From Lingula anatina (Eukaryota; Animalia; Brachiopoda): DNA of 64,000 nt. The position numbers and the translations under genes were made by a program. Positions 48,711 to 59,800 of the stretch are shown here, piece by piece (position 1 is the first letter of the stretch; every line of letters begins with the position of its first letter). The DNA is taken from NCBI GenBank assembly GCA_051362555.1, contig CM120642.1, positions 11,532,001-11,596,000 of the forward strand. The letters are read 5' to 3'. The notes under the pieces were generated by a model. That model was not told the DNA's origin. It saw nothing but the letters and a program-made list of their open reading frames with translations, and did no database searches.

Positions 48711-49112
48711 CAAATATTTCTTTAAAAAAATTAAAAATCCAGGGGATTTTTCTGACCCTGGCCTGGGCATAGGTCTGTGCAGTAGAAATAATATACAAAC
48801 ATTTGTCTAACATCTGCGTTGGAAATAGATTTAAACAAAACTAATTGAATTCTAGAGGAGGTGACGACTTTGCAAAAAGATAGCAAGACACTTTATTGTC
48901 GAACATGTTTTTTTTTTGCTGAAACGGGTCATAGCCCTGTTTGCTAATAGGGGTGAGGTCGATATCATTCTACTTTGTAGGCGAAACCTCAGACACCTGT
49001 CGCATACTCCAAACCCTTGATTATTTAATACATGTCAAAGTTATACTTAAAGAAAGCAACTTACCAACAACAAAGAACAAATTGCGACTAGCATTAAAAG
49101 TTGACTCGCCAT
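41056..49112 (-). CDS. Uncharacterised TNFR-like single Cys-rich-domain protein with a GPI-type tail, paralogue A (206 aa, 5 exons)
   Basis: Exons 49112-49065, 46332-46230, 45526-45465, 45080-45010, 41392-41056 (intron phases 0,1,0,2; all GT-AG). MASQLLMLVAICSLLLVFS-HPVDSQ...SRIRLKR-EAPCNPGNSSCPDGNYCNHLTNQCDPCSCCTKRNPVTKEIKEFATKSECARNSPAGSTALCALDFSWEC...S/T stalk...KANAIRVRVRVEFMVFVICGGLFVT*. The gene model is well supported; the TNFR call is inference from Cys spacing. Confidence 0.78.
41443..44397 (-). mobile_element. HINE-like element (second family) in the last intron of paralogue A, with a 162-bp satellite array
   Basis: Palindrome TATGTACAGACACA-tc-TGTGTCTGTACATA at 44367-44396, (GACGGC/GAC)n microsatellite at 44290-44350, about five 162-bp units (about 43480-44281), matching subTIR ATGTACAGACA at 41465-41475 and terminal hairpin GGCAGC-aaa-GCTGTC at 41448-41462. 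Confidence 0.8.
41602..41758. mobile_element. Diverged MITE family X copy nested in the HINE
   Basis: Colinear with 29485-29648; AATAA on both flanks. Confidence 0.7.
46631..47830 (+). pseudogene. Degenerate Tc1/mariner transposase relic
   Basis: Broken frames give IVNLRQNGAKKTDITRQI (HTH-like), VCFSNE (FSDE-like), GAKTPMVVIDENLNQIK*RDDL, and GSHRA...LPWSSKSPHLNHIDNI (Tc1 WPSxSPDLNPIEN motif). Boundaries approximate. Confidence 0.8.
48126..48704. repeat. (TA)n microsatellite split by a 448-bp TIR element (48198-48645)
   Basis: TA arrays at 48126-48197 and 48646-48704; element ends CAGGGCCGCAGCC / GGCTACGGCCCTG resemble family Y ends; G/C homopolymer palindrome at about 48575-48630. Confidence 0.85.
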
Positions 49113-49184
49113 TTTCTCTGCCTTGTGTAAAGTGGTAAATAGGACATTCAATGACGCTGAAAAAACCCCCACTTGAGAGTAGGC

Positions 49185-49205
49185 TATTTATAGTGGGGAT
49201 TTTCC
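49185..49205 (-). promoter_or_regulatory. TATA box with an adjacent consensus NF-kB site upstream of paralogue A
   Basis: TATAAATA (minus) at 49192-49185; GGGGATTTTCC at 49195-49205 matches GGGRNNYYCC; about 75 bp upstream of the ATG at 49112; (TG)n tract at 49216-49249. Confidence 0.65.
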
Positions 49206-51287
49206 ATTGTTTTTAGTGTGTGTGTGAGTGTGTGTGTGTGTGTGTGTGTCGTTCATGAGACAACAATTCTGCAACTGGCTAGCGCGTATAGTTTGATCTA
49301 TACTTATGCATTACTAATTCCCGATCAAACTTGATATTGATTTCAGACAATCTGACACTACATTTAGCCTTGGCCGAATAAGACTGTGTATGTTAGAATG
49401 TTTGAGCGTGTTCTAAAACAATTACATACGCTGCTTATATGTTCATGTTCATACGTTGCAAAAAGAGTGATATCACGCTCAAAGTAATGCGAAGAATCGA
49501 TTCTATATACAATACTCAGGGCACTTATACGGATCTCTTTACGTTAGCATTCTTAGTCAAGCAGTGACGCGTTGTTGGGTTATGCAACAACTTGTTTCGG
49601 CTGCTCTATTTGTACTGCCTGTACATTTATAAGAGCTTTGCACCAAGTTGTATCTATTTTTTCACCTTTACTTCACATTTTAATTGACATACAAGCTTAA
49701 TAATGATTTAGATTTTTCGTGCTTTTAGTATTCACTGAGAAAAATATATAATGTTGCAACATGCGAATGGAAAATATTTTGTAATCACGCAAAGACAATG
49801 GAAAAGAAAACAAGTAAATGCGTGATCAGTACGGAGAAATTGAGTATAAATATTTGTGAAGTTGTATGAAGCGAGAGTCGGTGAATAACCATTCGAAAGC
49901 TCCAAACTGCTGTCGTCATTTCTCACTATAACAATAAACGTACAAGATGCTTTATCGATAAATTCTATTAACATAGTTATTCGGTGCATAACCTCAAATC
50001 ACCTTGGTTAATTTTAATTTGAAACTGCATTTTGTAGTGCAAAAGTTAAATACTGTTTGTTGCTTCTTGGATTCATAATAGTTAGTTTCTTGTCATATGT
50101 ATTTTATAATAATAATGGTCCTAACAGTGTTTATTCTGCTACCTAAAGTTGGATTGTACATGTACTACTGCTATAAGAAAAGTGATAAAAACAACTAATA
50201 CATTATAAGATTACCAACATAAAAATTAATAAAGAAAATCAGTGGTTCAAATATTATATCATTCAAATTCTCTAATTAGTTTCAAAGCAACAGAAAATTT
50301 TGAGTGTCTTATGGATAAAAGCATTTGCAGAAATAACTATTTTGGTACAAGTATTCAGCGTGCCTTCGAGTTTAAGTATGTTTACTTATTTTCGGTAAGT
50401 AAATTGTTGTGCATTTCTCCAACAATACATCATTTGTTTTAAAAGTCCAATATGTTTTACAAAGACTGTAATTACTGTTTAATAAATAAATAAACATTAA
50501 TTACAAAGAAGCTTGTTTTTATTTTTCTGTCAATAATACAATAGCCACCAGTTGTAATGGGTTAAAAAATGCTAACTGCTCCAACGTAAATTGACAACCA
50601 CATAGGTAATCTTATACATTACAGGTCCCAGAGATAAGCTTGCTTCTTAGAAACAAATGTGCGCATCCTAATCACTTCTTAAAAGCGAAGCCCTGCATGT
50701 GTGCGTACACGTGTCTGTCCAAATTGCTGGGCAAAATGTTATTTCCTTGACAATGCCGTCCATGGTTTCACAGTAATAATGGCGTATGCCAATATACAGG
50801 ATGGTCATCGATATTCTAACAATCAAGATTGGCATCAATGTTTAAACTACGATCATTTTACAAACCAACTGGACTTGTCTCTGACTTAGGCTTTTTCCGA
50901 AAAGTAAATTAAAACATGCTATATATGAAATTTAGTAAATTTAGCTTTGCTTAAAAAAAATAGGCGAGATTTTAGATTTTAGATTTTCCAACAAAAAATT
51001 CTCGCCAAAAAGTGCAAACGACACTGACTTTAGCTAGGCTTAATCTTGGATATTGGTGGAACCCCTTACCAAAGTGCACTTTGTTGATTTGAAGGAATTC
51101 CACCAATGTTTAAAAAACTCTAATTTAAGTCAGTGCTGTCAACATATTATCTTATCAATTATCACTTATGACAGAGTGAAACACACACTGCCAGGATACC
51201 AGAATGAAAACAAATCCTACACCGCTTAATTTTGATAATAATACGAGAAAGTTACTATTTCCTGGAGCCCACCTAACAATGCTAAAA

Positions 51288-51447
51288 CAGGCCCGTAGCC
51301 AGCTATTTGAAAGGGGGGGGGTTCTTTTTCTGAAAAAGTGGACCTTTTACCATATAATCCCCATGTACCTAGGTCAAATTTTACCCAGAGTGGACCTTTT
51401 TCCGGCCAAAAGGGGGGTTCTTTCGAACCCCCCTGGCTACGGGCCTG
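51288..51447. mobile_element. MITE family Y copy
   Basis: Same TIRs as 31491; TAAAA 5-bp TSD. Confidence 0.85.
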
Positions 51448-51738
51448 TAAAATCTAATAAGCTTCAAATGCATTTCATGGCATTTATAAAAGGTGTAAAC
51501 AATAAAAGCAAGTTTGGATAGATACGAGAAAGCTACTAGTTCCTGAGACCCACCAAAAAATAAATAAAACCTAATTAGCTTTAAATGCACTTCACTGCAT
51601 ATATAAAAGGTGTTACAGAAATACAAACATAAGCTTGAAATGCATACATTGTAATACAGCTATCAGCTTTTCTTTCTTAGTGGACATCTTAACTTCAAGT
51701 ATAAAAATTGATGTTACATACATTTATACCAAACTTAA

Positions 51739-52075
51739 AGCAATAATAACTCTTCGTTTCGGCCAAAAAATGAATTTTCCTGGAGTAAACAACAATTTTC
51801 CCATACTTACCAATGGTTAATGAATCCATTTTTACATTCAAAGTTAGTCCCTGGTTTTTTTCTAAAAAGTTTGGTTTTTTGTTAAAATCTCTTAAGAGAT
51901 TTTAACAGAGTATAGACATCAATGGAGGTCACGTGGTCTAAAGACAAGTTCAAATATCAGAATAAAAGCTATAACTGCTGTTTTTCTGGTAAAACAGAAT
52001 ATATTGTATTTCTATGAGTTATTCACAAGGTTTTTATTGTGAAATATAGATCTCATACGAAGAGTTATTATCCCT
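51739..52075. mobile_element. About 335-bp Kolobok-like MITE, copy 2
   Basis: Colinear with 14538-14871; TTAA on both flanks. Confidence 0.85.
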
Positions 52076-52262
52076 TTAATTCTTATAAGACATACCAAGT
52101 ACTGTAAATATGTATTTGAAATATATAAAAAAAGGATTATAAATGTAGCCAATGGCAAGTGAAGAACTAGTCTACATATTCTAAATGCAAAAGCCTTGTG
52201 GATATAACTGAAAGAAATGCTATTAACTAAACCCCACAACCACCATTAAATGTTCTGATTAC

Positions 52263-55200
52263 TCAAAAAACGTTGTAACAGATTACAACAAAGACCAATC
52301 TTAAAAGTGCATTGACGGGTGTGTATTTCAGGTTAGAAGAGGACGATTTTGGTGGCTTTTTATCTCTTCGAATCTGATCCCTATCCGTCACTTTGGACCG
52401 AGTGGTTTCCTTGAAACCCGTATTGTATGGCTTAGTGGTATCATTCTGTACTCTGGTGTCACAGACCCAGGAGAAATCTTGTGAACAGGCGAAATCAGCA
52501 CGCGTTTGGGAGTTACTTGTACATTCCGTGAGGGGAGTTAGTTTCCTTGTTTTGGTTTTGTCATGGCGGCTCACAACATTACAACAAGAACATCTGAGGC
52601 ACCTGAAATGGAATAATTATTATTCCAGTGATTTTAATCACTTATAATTAAAATTAAGTTAAAACATTTTCTTGTGAGAACAAGACAGACTGCTAGCACA
52701 GGAGTTTTTTAACTGTTGTACTGATATTGACCTCAAATTGAAAATTAAGGCTTACCTATTTTTCTTTTCAGAAAAGTATTCATGGGCCCCACATTTCTGA
52801 AACAAAAAATATGTGAATGTGCATTATAGTTCATCACAGCAGAAACAACATGTTGTGGTTTTATATTCTTTTGTACATTACAACAAGCATTGAACTGAGT
52901 CACAGTCAGTATGAGGAAATTTTCTCTCTTTATATGAAACTTCTGTAAAGATTTTTTGATAAGGTCAATGTATAGTTTATGGACTAATCAAGCAGAAATC
53001 ATTTAAACATTATTAATATATGTATAAAATACCTTTTCTCAAAAATATGTTAGCACACAAAAAGCAGAATAAGGGAAAAAAACCAAACAATCTTTATTTT
53101 AGTGTGCATTCACAATGAACCAACAATAAATAAAATAAATGAATGAATGAATGAATGAATAAACAAATTTATAACTAAATAAAGTAGGAAAGAAAGAATA
53201 AAGAAAAAAGGAGGTCCAACACTACCCATGCATGGAACAATTCTTACATAACCATTGCCTATAATCATGTTCACCAGATAATTCTGAACTTGTCACGATT
53301 CCTGAATCCCACATGCAAATACAATATTGGCTTTCGCCCAACTCCACTTTTATTTTTTTGAGGCAAGTTAACACAGTTAATTATAAATAAAAAAAATATC
53401 TTTACACTCACATGCAGAAGATAATATCAAACTACTTTTTTACTATCTAAATCTTACCATCAACAGGCCTTCAGCTTCTGGTAATGTATCCCATTTCCTT
53501 TGTGATAGAGTTAAAAGTTATCATTTTTTAAACGCAAAACAGATTTGATTTTTTTCTTTCAGTTAACCTTTAAGTTATTGAAATACTTTTTTTGACAATC
53601 ATTTTATCTTACCTTATTAATGCCATCTGCCAAAAGCTCATTCTTAGGGGCATTAGAATCTCTGTTCCAATCTGTGTTCAAATGAACAATAATATAAGGA
53701 AAATGCATGCAGTTAGCAATAAAAGACCGCATTCACAACGAGTTGAGCCATGGCTCTACAAAGTCACGAACTAAATATGGCAGACATACATGAAAGGAAA
53801 ACCACCTAATCTTTTAATAGTCTTTAATAGGGGGTACAGTCATTAAATCTCGGCTCCATTGGGACGACACATGGAGAGGCGGGTGAAAGGCGGAAGACTA
53901 TTAAAAGATTAGGCAGTTTTCCTTTCATGTGTTTCCGCCATATTTAGTTCGTGACTTTGTAGAGCCATGGCTCAACTCATTGTGAATGCGGTCAAAGTAA
54001 TATAAATAATACAACATGTGATGTATAATAAAACCTACAATAGGGAACAAGCAAAATAAATCGATTGGAATACAAAATTAATAAATACAAAATAAAAAAG
54101 TTAACAGTACACATACTTGTAACAGGCCCGTAGCCAGCAATTTCAAAAGGAGGGTTCTTTTTCTGAAAAAGTGGACCTTTTCCCATAAAAACTTCATGTA
54201 CCTAGATCAAATTTTACCCAGAGTGGACCTTTTCCCAGCAAAAGGGGCGGTTCTTTATAACCCCCCGAACCCCCCCTGGCTACGGGCCTGTGTAATTATG
54301 TCCTGGTATGATGAGGTAATTTTTGTGGTGGGTAAGGGAAGGGGTAACATCAACAGGGAAATACAAAACATTGTACAAAACAACAGCATGTCTAACTGCA
54401 CATATATCTTACCTGGGTACTTCATGTACATGTAACTAAGCACAGAGTTCTGGTTTCTAGTTGCGTTCCTAGGGAGATAATGGCCATGTCTATGCAGGTG
54501 GTTGGGGCTACTGGGATTTCCATTTACCTACAAAGATATTGATAGAAGCTACTATATCCACTGCACTAAATATGAATTTTAATTTAGCAACATGATGTTG
54601 ACTTGTACTGTAACACCCCATTTCCATAGATTAGATCGACCTACTTTAGATCGACCTAACTCCCTGGGGGTTCACGCTAAATAGCTGTCAGCCGGGCGGA
54701 CACGAAAGTTAATTACCCCCTTACAGCTTGTAGTAGGCGGGACGGACATTTAAGTTGGCTTATCTGAAAGTAATCTAGTGAGACTCCCCGCGGGGATAGA
54801 TTGATCTAAAATCTATGGAAATAGAGCCTTAGGTAGCATTCACAACGAGTTGAGCCAGGCTTTACAAATCCTGTGGACTAAATATGGCGGACGTACATGA
54901 AAGAAAAACCGCCTAATCTTTTAATAGTCTCTCCGCCTCTCACACGCCTCCCATGTGTCGTCCCAATGGAGCCAAGATTTAATGACTGTCCCCCCGCAGG
55001 GACGATGTTGGGGAGGCGTGTGAGAGGCGGAGAGACTATTAAAAGATTAGGTGGTTTTTCTTTCATGTACGTCCGCCATATTTAGTCCCCATGATTTGTA
55101 AAATCTGGCTCAACTCGTTGTGAATGCGCTCTTAGTTATTGATTGTCTAAAGGCACAAAGTCACAGTAACTATCACAGTAGCATTATAAAATCATATGAA

Positions 55201-56500
55201 TACACACATAAGACCAAAATGACACTGTGATGAATATTTCAAAAGAACTCAATGGTGTTAAAATGACATGAGTTATAACCACTTTTTTGCATTTAAGGGG
55301 ATCAATAGGTTGGATTTTTTTTCCATACCCGCTTAGATAATGAGGATATAAATATTGTCATGCCATGAGATAATTCTATTGCATCAAAACTGGAGATAGA
55401 ATTTCTAACACTAGCTGATATATAATAGCAGCTTTTTTTTTTTTTTTTTTTTTTTTGAGGGGGGGGGGGGGAGAACTAGTATCAATTTCAAACAGATCCC
55501 CCTCACTTGTACAGCTATCAATACCTTTTTAACAGCTTTTTAATAAGTGCTTACAGAAAATAACTATCCAATGTCAAGAATTAATTTTCTTGTGTTTTAT
55601 AAGTGCTGAGCCAACACAATGTCTTTGTTAAACGAACAAAGATATTCATTATAGAGGCTCATTTCTCCTTTCAAAAATATCAAAAATGCTAGCACCAGTC
55701 CACACCCTTGTCGTCAACTATGCAGAAATGAATGGGTGGTGAAAAGGGAACAAGGGGGTGTTTTGTGCTTTAAAAACGTATATTCTCATGGCAATAAGAT
55801 TAAGGTAAGTTATTTCCCGTAGAAGAAATGGGGCAAGCTGCTTTGCCTTTATATAATTATCGTATCGAATTCCCTGCCATGTGTGCCTACACCACGTCTA
55901 ATACGTGTAATAATTTTCAAATCTGAGTACACATTGCTCACTACAGGAGTCCTCATCAAACAAATCCAATTAATTCAGTAAGACTATACACGTGCCACTT
56001 TTAATGGTTTTCAAATCAAAATTCTTTGTGTACACTTTGAATCTGAAAAAAATCTCTTAACTGTTGAATTATTTAAGTTGGGAATGTATACTGCGCTGTC
56101 ATATCTTTTCAGTTTCAGTGTAACACAGTGCCATTGATTGCTATATTTAGAAAACGGTGATTTTATAACGTTAACCATTGGGTGGGGCTTTTTTTCCTTA
56201 CAGTCCCTCTTCATTAATAATTACTAATTCATACTTTTTCATTGTAGATCTACAATCAATGTGCCTGTATTATTTATACAATATAGGCCTACATTAACAA
56301 AAAATGACCCGGTCCTACTGGTGTAGATAACCATATAATTATCTGTCTTTTCTAAAGAGAAGCAAATCACTGGAAAATCTCCCTTGTCTTTTAAACGAAC
56401 TGAAACGAAACGAAATTTAAACGAGCTTTATCTAAGTACTACATACATATAGTCTTACCCACTGTAAAATGATGGCTAAGGAAATTACAGACACTATCAT
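52263..56500 (-). CDS. Uncharacterised TNFR-like single Cys-rich-domain protein with a GPI-type tail, paralogue B (185 aa, 5 exons)
   Basis: Exons 56500-56459, 54527-54413, 53477-53458 (20-nt microexon), 52796-52756, 52602-52263; phases 0,1,0,2 as in paralogue A. MIVSVISLAIILQWVNG-NPSSPNHLH...LMKCGAHEYFSEKKNRCLRCSCCNVVSRHDKTKTRKLTPLTECTSNSQTRADFACSQDFSWVC...KSSSSNLKYTPVNALLRLVFVVICYNVF*. Confidence 0.75.
53725..53993. mobile_element. Fold-back palindromic MITE, family B, copy 1
   Basis: About 98-bp nearly perfect inverted arms starting GACCGCATTCACAAC; AAA 3-bp flanks; homologous to 54832-55131. Confidence 0.8.
54123..54290. mobile_element. MITE family Y copy
   Basis: Same TIRs; TGTAA 5-bp TSD. 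Confidence 0.85.
54614..54828. mobile_element. MITE family A copy
   Basis: Reverse-complement match to 38544-38769; TAA/TTA flanks. Confidence 0.75.
54832..55131. mobile_element. Fold-back palindromic MITE, family B, copy 2
   Basis: About 130-bp inverted arms around a roughly 35-nt loop; TTA on both flanks; produces mirror-image spurious ORFs at 54878-55066 and 54897-55085. Confidence 0.85.
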
Positions 56501-56815
56501 CTTTGCCACCCACGATATCCTCGTGTTAAAGATAAAGAGAGGGAGATTTTTCAGTGAATATCCGAACTAAAAATAGTACTTCCGCTAAGCCAGGGTCAGT
56601 TCCGTTATTTGTGATCAACAGGTATGTCTGTCTTTATTTCCTCCAAAACATAAAGATAAGATCATGATATATGGAACATGCAAACAACAAGTCTAAACAC
56701 CTCTTTCAGACACAGAGAAGAGGAAAGTTCATTTTGAGTTGGTGGATTTTAGGATTGAAGCCTGAAGCTGACAGGTTATATACTGTATAAAACTGCAACG
56801 AATACGAGGAGGCTG

Positions 56816-59800
56816 ATGATGGAACGATTGGTGTGGCTCCTGTTGTTTTTAAGTGTCATATTCAGCCAGGCTGTCAACACTGTGGACGTCGATCCAAACG
56901 GTTATGTAGTATACTGTCCTTGTATGGGTACGTATTAGTACTGGGAAAATATGCTAGAATGATCGCCACAGGCAGATGCATGTACGCTGTTCTCCCACCA
57001 TGACATCAATGTCGGTTGAAATTGAAATCTCGTATCTGTTACTAGTGTCATGTCGTTAACAGTTCTGAAATAATGACCATCGTCATTATTAGGAAAATGG
57101 CCTTAGTAATTGTGTCTCTTCAATCTTCAGTTTATTGTATTTCTGCTTTGCTTTGCAGTGCATGTTCATATACAAATTATGGGGTTACCTAATGAGCCAC
57201 GTTTACTTAACCAGTGGGCTATACATGTATACAGTTCATACATGTATATATGGCAAATTGTCTTTCTCTCTCCCTCTCTCTCTCTCTCTGTTTGTAATGA
57301 GGAAGGGGGGTGATATCATTTACATCATATACTTAAAAATGTAGTTATAATGCTCTTAAAGGGGGACTGCTCATTCAGATTTCAATTTATAGGTCGCTTT
57401 GGGAATCAGGCAGATCACTTTCTCGGATCTCTGTCATTTGCTCATGGCTTGAACAGAACCCTGGTGCTTCCCCCTTGGGTAGAGTACAGGACAGGAGAAA
57501 GGAATTCTGTAAGTTTTAATATATCCTAGCTGTGATTTAATTGTCTGATTATTCAGTTTAAACACACTCCCATTCCTAGCCGTTATCATCTTACACAATG
57601 CTTGGATGAATAAAATGTTTTATTCATCTAAGCACAATGCATGTATTGTCAGACTCATTCAGAAGTAATTGTGTTAAAAATATCAAAAATATCCCCCAAC
57701 TTATTGTCAGTTATATTATGCAGTTGCCGATCTTTGTAATGCTCTCCTGAAATTCAATTAAATTGCAAGCTCAGCGATGCGGGATTCATCTAGAAACAAA
57801 CAAATGAGGGTCCTCTGCCTGTTCTGGAGGTTTTTAAATGAATACCCCGTATTTCAATATTTTTGTTTCCTCAGGTCCAAGTGCCCTTTGACACATATTT
57901 CCAAGTAGCTCCTCTACAAGACTACCACCGTGTTATGACAATGGAGAAGTTTATGAAGGAACTGGCACCTGTAATTTGGCCACCAGGAAAAAGAACAGGT
58001 GACTTAAGCTTCTATCACATTAGTGTCCTTTTTTCATGGTAGTATCTATTGGGGATGAGCACAAGTTTAGCTTTCCAGGTGTGAATAAACCAATGGTATA
58101 AAGGTTTAAGACATTGTCCAACTTTTTATTTTACATCTGTGTTTATTTTGGTGTCGGACATTGCAATTTAAAAAAGAAAAGCCACCTGTAAATCATCGAA
58201 TAAAAACCACATCTATGATCTTATCACATTCTTTTATTATACTCAACTTTCATGTTGTTTAAAATTAGACCTCTTTCTTTCAGCCTTCTGCTACATGGCC
58301 AGGCCAGGTTCTACCTCGGAGGGTTGCAATGCTAAAGATGGCAATCCTTTTGGACCTTTCTGGAATACTTTCAATGTCGACTTTGATTCATCAGAGTTCT
58401 ATGGTCCACTGTATTATGATTCACATCGCACGTCAACTGCCAAAGCATGGCATAAAAAGTACGCATTTGTTAATCTTGAGATTTATAACAGTTAAAACCA
58501 CTTTTTCAAGAACCTCTTTCTTAGCACACTGGTGTTTTTGGTCACTATAGAATTTAATTGAGGTGATTCTGAAATGCACCTGTTGTGTGTACATGTGTGT
58601 ACATTTACATGCATTTAAATGACAATGTATATGTATTACTGTGGATTTTTTTTTTTTTTTTTTAAACATCTTTATTCTCAAGAGGGTTACATATTGATAC
58701 AGTATAAATAAAGGTGGCAATTCGCCTAGGCATTATATGCTCACCTTTGAAATTTAATAATAATAATAATAATAATAATAATATTCAAGAAAAAGACGGT
58801 GACGAGGACATGAATGGCATTAGAGGGGAGTGAGGGACAGGGCATGGGGGAAAGGTAATTATGGGGGGGGCAATGGGCCATCAGGAGAGAGTGGTAGGCG
58901 CCAGAACAGAAATGGAAGAAGATTCAGACATTTTTGATTAAGAAATCTGACACTATTTCGAAAATCTTGTCGTTTTGTCCAGATGTTAGTGTTTTATGGC
59001 CATGTAGGAAGAGGGATATCTTATCTAGTTGGGTTCTGAAATATGCATAAGTTACACCAAGTATATCTTCAACAGATTCGTAGAGATCACGATATTTCCT
59101 CTGTTTCAGTGGGCATTGAAAGAAAAAATGTCGGATAGTTTCGGGTTTCCCACATAAACAGTTGGGAGAAGCCATAGCTGTCCAGTTGTGGTCATATAGT
59201 TGGGCTCTAAATAACAAATCGACTCGGGCCTTATTTAGGATTTTTTCATTTTGTCTCGGAAGCTTCAGATGGGTAGTGGACATTGTTGCTGGGAAGGTTT
59301 CATTTCTAAGGTTATACTTAAGGGAGGATGCAGAAGGAAGATTTTTTTGAGTGGTGTTTAGTTCATCCCAGCTTGTCATCAAAAAGTGTTCGGGACCTTT
59401 GTATGTGAATTTAGAGGGAATTATGTAGTCTCGTTTAGATGTTGTCCGTAGAGGTAGCATGTATTTATTTCTAAACGGAATGAAATAGGTAGAGACATAG
59501 GAAGGTGCTAGTTGATTGTGGATATTGAACATGATTTTTTTCGCGTGGTTTCTTCGACGTTCCTCTAGTGAAACCCAGTTCAGCTGTTTCAGTACTTTGC
59601 AGCGATTTGAGCCAGGAAGGGCCCCCAGTATATTAAGGCCAGCTTGATACTGGAGGGAGGATAGCTTTGATAGGTTATGTAGAGACGCGGTGCTATAGAG
59701 AACATCGCAATAATCAAGCAAAGGAGAAATGTACGCATTGTAAAGTATGTTAAGATGCTTAGATCGTAAAGTTTTAGAAAGCGATTTTAAAGGATTTAGT

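Noticed and set aside
48052-48813. ORFs with YIYIYI and poly-Pro/Gly runs
   Set aside because: Translations of (TA)n and G/C homopolymers.
53224-53350. Cys-containing minus-strand frame (ESQYCICMWDSG...) in intron 3 of paralogue B
   Set aside because: No good acceptor/donor pair in a compatible phase; the frame ends in a stop.
53458-53497. In-frame TGA (selenocysteine-like) if the upstream AAG acceptor is used
   Set aside because: That frame loses the conserved Cys domain and no SECIS was seen; the downstream CAG acceptor resolves the frame.
54878-55085. Two nearly identical ORFs on opposite strands (MKEKPPNLLIV...)
   Set aside because: Artefact of the palindromic MITE.
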